Assembly (NCBI GenBank): GCA_963786935.1 | Contig: CAWBAN010000001.1 | Span: 352,001-416,000 of the forward strand | Source: an uncultured bacterium | GTDB taxonomy: Bacteria; Krumholzibacteriota; Krumholzibacteriia; Krumholzibacteriales; Krumholzibacteriaceae | Direction: 5' to 3' | DNA: 64,000 nucleotides | In this document: positions 60,033 to 64,000 of the stretch, piece by piece | Position numbering within the stretch: position 1 is the first letter of the stretch | Layout of the letters: each line of letters starts with the position of its first letter | Program-made: the position numbers and the translations under genes | The notes under the pieces: model-generated | Databases searched by the model: none | The model's input: only the letters and a program-made list of their open reading frames with translations | Told to the model about the DNA's origin: nothing

Positions 60033-62576
60033 CTACCTCACCTGTATCGCGGCCGTCACGGCGCCGCCGTATGAATCGTCGTCGGTGAGGATATCACCGA
60101 GAACGTAATTCGGATACTGCGGCTTTTCCGCGAGCTTGAGCGAGATCGTGTACGCGCCGGGAGCGACGTTCGCGGGGATCGGAACGCGCACCCGGTCATG
60201 CACCGCGCGCAGCGCCGGCCACGTGTCCGGCGGGAAAACGCCCCCGAGCGGCTGGAAATCGGCGCGGAAACGGAAGCGATGTCCGGTCGTTCGTTCGATC
60301 AGCTTGCGGTACGGCTTGCTCCACGCCAGCCGGTACAGGGCGTTCTTCGGGAATTCCGTATCGAATCGCAGGTACGCGACGTAGCTCCGCGGGGGACACC
60401 GCTCCGCGGCGACCCAGGAGACATCGATGACGATGGTGTCGCCGCGTGCGACTTCGCCGCCGCTCGCCCGCACACGCTCGATGAAAACGCCCTCGATGCC
60501 CGACGGCGTCAGCCGGGACGCCGCCGCGGCGTCGATGGAGTCGCCGATGAACGGCAGCGCCGGCCGCGGCGCTTCGGCCGGGGCGCCGGCGGGGCCGGCG
60601 ACGAGCCTTGCCATGACGACGCCGTCCCGCTCGAAGATGACGCCGAACGGGCTCGCCGCCCCGCGGATCCTCGCGGCGAGCGTATCGGCTATCGCCCGGT
60701 CCGGCTTCCAGTACATCGTTTCGGCGCCGGGAGGGATTCTCCCGTTGACGACGAGGTATTCGGCGCCGTATTCGACGAGGATCTCCCGCACGTCCGCGAG
60801 GGAGGAGGCCGGGGAGAAGATCCTCCTCGCGTCGACGATTCTCTTGATCGCCGTCGAGTCGTTCGGCGTCGAGTGCTGGTCGTACGGACAGATCACGAAG
60901 GCGTCGGTGAACGCGGGGATGCCGAAGCTCGTTATCGGGTCCGACGCGATGACGATTCCGCGGGGGCAATGCAGATTGATGAACTCGAAGAGGTCGTCGA
61001 GGTTCCGATAGCTCCCGAGACGATTCGCGTCGGCGTCAGCGCGCCCGTACGCGAATCCCGAAACGTTTCCCGCGAGCGGGACGGCGAGGAGCACAACGGC
61101 GGCCGCGGCGCCGCAGGCGGCGCGCGCGCGCCCGAGCTCCGGATTGTGTCCGCGAAGCGCCTTCCAGAGCTCTCCGAGGAGCATCGCGCAAACGAGCATC
61201 GACGGCACGGCGAACTCGAACCGCAGCAGCAGATACGACAGCGTGCCGCTCAGGAACGGATACCAGAGCGGAACGAAGAGGAGAAGATAGACGGCGATGA
61301 CGCCCACGAGGAGAAATCGCAGCTCGCTCCATGTGCTCCCGCGCTTCCAGAGAATGAAAACGGAGAGGAGCGCGAGCGCTCCGAGCGGCCCGGCCGTCTC
61401 GAAAAACACGATCGGGTTCATAACGTAGAAACGGTCCGTGAAGAACAATGCCCCCTGCACATGGGTGTGAATGGGATTGTTCGGCGCGTAGTCGCGCAGG
61501 TAGCGCATGAGGAGGTAGGGTACGTTCGGCACGATCGCCGCCGCGAACAAAAGTGGAATCCCCCGCCCGAGGAGCGCACGCCGCTCCCCGCGGACGGCGG
61601 CCAGATGAGAGAGGGAGAAGACGGCGATGATGAACAGGGCGGCGGCGAGGTGCGCGATATGGGTCCCCGTCGCCGCGAAGAGGGCGAGCGCGACGAACGC
61701 GAGCGCGTCGGTCCGGCGCGAGTGGAGGTAGAGCGGCACGGCGGCGAACGCGAGCACGTAGAAGGATCTCCCGAACGCGTATCCGCTCGCGTTCGCGAGG
61801 AGCTGATGCCCCGCGAGACCGCCGCCGTAGCAGAGAACGTAGAGGGCGGCCGCGACGAGGCCGGCCGCGGCGCTGCCGAAGAGCATGAGCCCCGCGGCGT
61901 ACAGCGAAACGAGGAGGAAGACGGAGCCGATGACCGCGATGAGCGGCCAGACCGCCGCGACGTCGGGGGAGCCGGTCAGCGAGTTGACGGCGCCCCACAA
62001 CGCGTGAATCATCCCCTTCCTGATGTCCCTCGTGAGGGCGCCGCTCTCGGGGTAATAAAATCGTTCGGGGAACGCCTGATGCGTGTTCGAGATCGTCCGG
62101 ATATAGGCGATATGGTCGGGAGGGTCGGACATGTAGAACAGGGGATCGCCCGTTCCGAGGATCAGCGCCGCGACGATCACGATGAGGAGCGCGAGGAGGA
62201 GGGGCGTCGTTCTCCCCCCGCGCGGCCCGGATGCCGCCGCTTCGCGCGGCGGGCGTTTCCACAGCGCAAGCGCCGCGACGAGCGCCGGCATGACGGCGCC
62301 GAGGAGCCGGATATCCGCGTGCGCGAGCGCGATGACGAAGAGCGCGGCGAAGGCGAGCGCCGTTCCGCACACGAACGAGTGCGCCGCCCGGAGAACGCCG
62401 CGCGCGTCGGGCGCGATCCTGAGCGAGAGCAGCCAGCCGGGCGCGAGCACGAGATAGAGGAAGAAGAGGACGAAGAGCGCCCGGTGGGAGGGGAGGAGCG
62501 CCGGGAAGAGCTCGAGGAGGATGAAAACGGCCGTCGCTCCCAGTATCGCGATGCGCTCGATATGTTGAATCGCCAT
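60033..62576 (-). CDS. Large polytopic GT-C-like membrane protein with C-terminal extracytoplasmic domains
   Basis: Many TMs; loop MSDPPDHIAYIR; tail LFEFINLHCPRGIVIASDP...YGAEYLV, then an Ig-like domain (PPDTW...PGAYTI). Confidence 0.7.
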   Translation of the reverse strand: MAIQHIERIAILGATAVFILLELFPALLPSHRALFVLFFLYLVLAPGWLLSLRIAPDARGVLRAAHSFVCGTALAFAALFVIALAHADIRLLGAVMPALVAALALWKRPPREAAASGPRGGRTTPLLLALLIVIVAALILGTGDPLFYMSDPPDHIAYIRTISNTHQAFPERFYYPESGALTRDIRKGMIHALWGAVNSLTGSPDVAAVWPLIAVIGSVFLLVSLYAAGLMLFGSAAAGLVAAALYVLCYGGGLAGHQLLANASGYAFGRSFYVLAFAAVPLYLHSRRTDALAFVALALFAATGTHIAHLAAALFIIAVFSLSHLAAVRGERRALLGRGIPLLFAAAIVPNVPYLLMRYLRDYAPNNPIHTHVQGALFFTDRFYVMNPIVFFETAGPLGALALLSVFILWKRGSTWSELRFLLVGVIAVYLLLFVPLWYPFLSGTLSYLLLRFEFAVPSMLVCAMLLGELWKALRGHNPELGRARAACGAAAAVVLLAVPLAGNVSGFAYGRADADANRLGSYRNLDDLFEFINLHCPRGIVIASDPITSFGIPAFTDAFVICPYDQHSTPNDSTAIKRIVDARRIFSPASSLADVREILVEYGAEYLVVNGRIPPGAETMYWKPDRAIADTLAARIRGAASPFGVIFERDGVVMARLVAGPAGAPAEAPRPALPFIGDSIDAAAASRLTPSGIEGVFIERVRASGGEVARGDTIVIDVSWVAAERCPPRSYVAYLRFDTEFPKNALYRLAWSKPYRKLIERTTGHRFRFRADFQPLGGVFPPDTWPALRAVHDRVRVPIPANVAPGAYTISLKLAEKPQYPNYVLGDILTDDDSYGGAVTAAIQVR

Positions 62577-62683
62577 GGCTGCTTTCCGGTTGAGGGCGTT
62601 TCAGCAGAATCTAGCGTGAAGCGGCCCGGCTTGTGAAGCGCTAAATGCGCTGCGCCCGGCCGGCGCCGCCGGAGAGCATCCGC

Positions 62684-62711
62684 TTGACATCGCCCCGCGC
62701 TGTAGTAGACT
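62684..62711 (+). promoter_or_regulatory. Possible sigma70-type promoter
   Basis: TTGACA-16 nt-TAGACT upstream of the acyltransferase. Confidence 0.5.
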
Positions 62712-62765
62712 GCTCGCCGTGCCGCGATCCCGCGGCGGCGAAACCGGCGAGGCGGACGCGCTCCT

Positions 62766-63803
62766 ATGACGACCAGGCATAATTTCATCGATGTGGCCCG
62801 GGGGCTCGCGATCATCTGCGTCGTCGTCGGCCATCTCTCGACCCGCATGGACCCCGCCTACTACCAGGCGCATCTGGTGATCGTCAACTCGCTCGCGTTC
62901 TCGTTCGCCATGCCGTTCTTCTTCATGGTGTCCGCCGTGTTCAACCGGAAGCGCGTGGAGAATCCCGCCCTGTCCGGCGGCGCGTTCGTCAGGAGCATCG
63001 GCGCTTCCATCCTGAAGCCGTTCTACACGCTGAGCCTCCTGTTCATGCTCGTGAACCTGGCCGCTCCGAAATCGCTCGGCCTGCCGGGCGTCGGGGAGAT
63101 GACGCGGGCGCTGCTCATCGAGCAATCATCCGAGAATCTGCCGAGCGGCGTGCTGTGGTTTCTCTTCGTGCTGTTCGTCTTCTCGCTCGGCACGTTCGTC
63201 CTCGTGAGGCTCCTGAAGGTCAACGCGTACTACGTGCTGGCCGGCGCGATTCTGCTGAAGGTCTTCGCGAGCGCCCTGCGTGACACGCACATCCTCGCCG
63301 TCGACAAGATCGCCTATTTCTACGTGCACTATATGGCCGGCTACGTGCTCGCGGAGTTCATCCTGGGCGCGCGCGCGCTCCGGAGTTGGGCGACGATCGC
63401 CGGCAGTTTCGCCTACTGGCTCTTCACGGCCGCTCGCCGCGAGCTGTGGCATCTGCCGTACTCCCGCGTGTACGACTGGATAACGGTCTCGCACGCGCTC
63501 ATCGGCGTATCGGGGAGCCTCTGCCTGCTGGGCGTTTCATCCCGAATCGACGGGCGGTTCCCGTCCGGGGCCGTCACGGGATTCCTCCGATTCTGCGGAA
63601 GAAACTCCATTCTCATCTACGTCTTCCATACGCCCACGTCGCTCGCCGTCGAGAGATTCAACGCTCATTTCGGGCTCGGGAGCAATCCGGCCGGATACGC
63701 GATCCTCTGCGTGACGGGCATCGCTCTGCCGCTTCTGTACGGGAAGATCCTGAGCTACAGCGCGACCGCCTACCGTCTGCTTCTCGGACGCGGCCCGTCG
63801 TGA
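62766..63803 (+). CDS. Acyltransferase-3 family membrane O-acyltransferase
   Basis: R..FIDVARGLAIICVVVGH, SFAMPFFFMVS, LWFLFVLF, GRNSILIYVFH. Confidence 0.9.
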   Translation: MTTRHNFIDVARGLAIICVVVGHLSTRMDPAYYQAHLVIVNSLAFSFAMPFFFMVSAVFNRKRVENPALSGGAFVRSIGASILKPFYTLSLLFMLVNLAAPKSLGLPGVGEMTRALLIEQSSENLPSGVLWFLFVLFVFSLGTFVLVRLLKVNAYYVLAGAILLKVFASALRDTHILAVDKIAYFYVHYMAGYVLAEFILGARALRSWATIAGSFAYWLFTAARRELWHLPYSRVYDWITVSHALIGVSGSLCLLGVSSRIDGRFPSGAVTGFLRFCGRNSILIYVFHTPTSLAVERFNAHFGLGSNPAGYAILCVTGIALPLLYGKILSYSATAYRLLLGRGPS

Positions 63804-63956
63804 GCGTCGCGGGCGGCGCCGGCCGCCGCCGGTCGGACGACCCCCGCCAGTCTGCCGGGGACTAATCAGTTGACAGGCCGCTCGTTTCTCGTGTAAACCT
63901 TCGTGTGACACGGCGTTGACCGTGGGATTCCACCCCGCTCCCTCCAAGGAGGAATC

Positions 63957-64000
63957 ATGGAAGACAGGAAAGAGGCGCGCAGGCTTCCGGCGAACGCGTA
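63957..64000 (+). CDS. Partial CDS, N-terminus resembling OPT/YSL oligopeptide transporters
   Basis: Strong SD AAGGAGG, MEDRKEARRLPANA(Y); the LPxNAY start is recalled from bacterial OPT proteins, but only 14 codons are visible. Confidence 0.45.
   Translation, partial: MEDRKEARRLPANA

Noticed and set aside
57884..60088. 734-aa ORF suggesting a PPTase fused to a long domain
   Set aside because: Artefact of the frameshift near 58445 followed by read-through antisense to wzx; the true C-terminus is in the 58293-58565 frame.

Overview
High-GC bacterial chromosomal window in the standard genetic code, densely coding. Two secreted enzymes end in YPNPF-type C-terminal sorting domains, which suggests (inference) an FCB-superphylum lineage such as Krumholzibacteriota/Latescibacterota. 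1-22 kb is mixed envelope and metabolic content: GT-C glycosyltransferase, OmpA-TSP3, beta-propeller proteins, alkaline-phosphatase-family enzyme, SSADH, AGCS symporter, tyrS, GT2/GT4, Wzz-like protein, M61-like peptidase and a PDZ protein. 22.6-38.7 kb is a housekeeping run: EF-G paralogue, yebC, ruvCAB, queA, tgt, yajC, def, fmt, PASTA protein, rpe, ffh, rpsP, khpA, rimM, trmD, rplS, rnhB, yraN. 38.8-45.5 kb holds a lipoprotein, EamA, lat, FmdB and an M14 peptidase. 45.5-64 kb is a surface-glycan locus (two DPM1-like GT2, flippases, O-antigen ligase-like protein, two GT-C-like membrane proteins, acyltransferase-3) containing murB, a stand-alone C-A-T-TE NRPS with a Cys-nucleophile thioesterase, and an Sfp-type PPTase. 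Two unannotated intergenic transcription units (about 18624-18723 +, about 39504-39624 -) each have a near-consensus sigma70 promoter, a rod-like fold and a U-tail, and are candidate small RNAs. About a dozen frameshifts confined to about 50.3-58.5 kb are most likely local sequencing error. No tRNA, rRNA, CRISPR array or mobile element was recognised.
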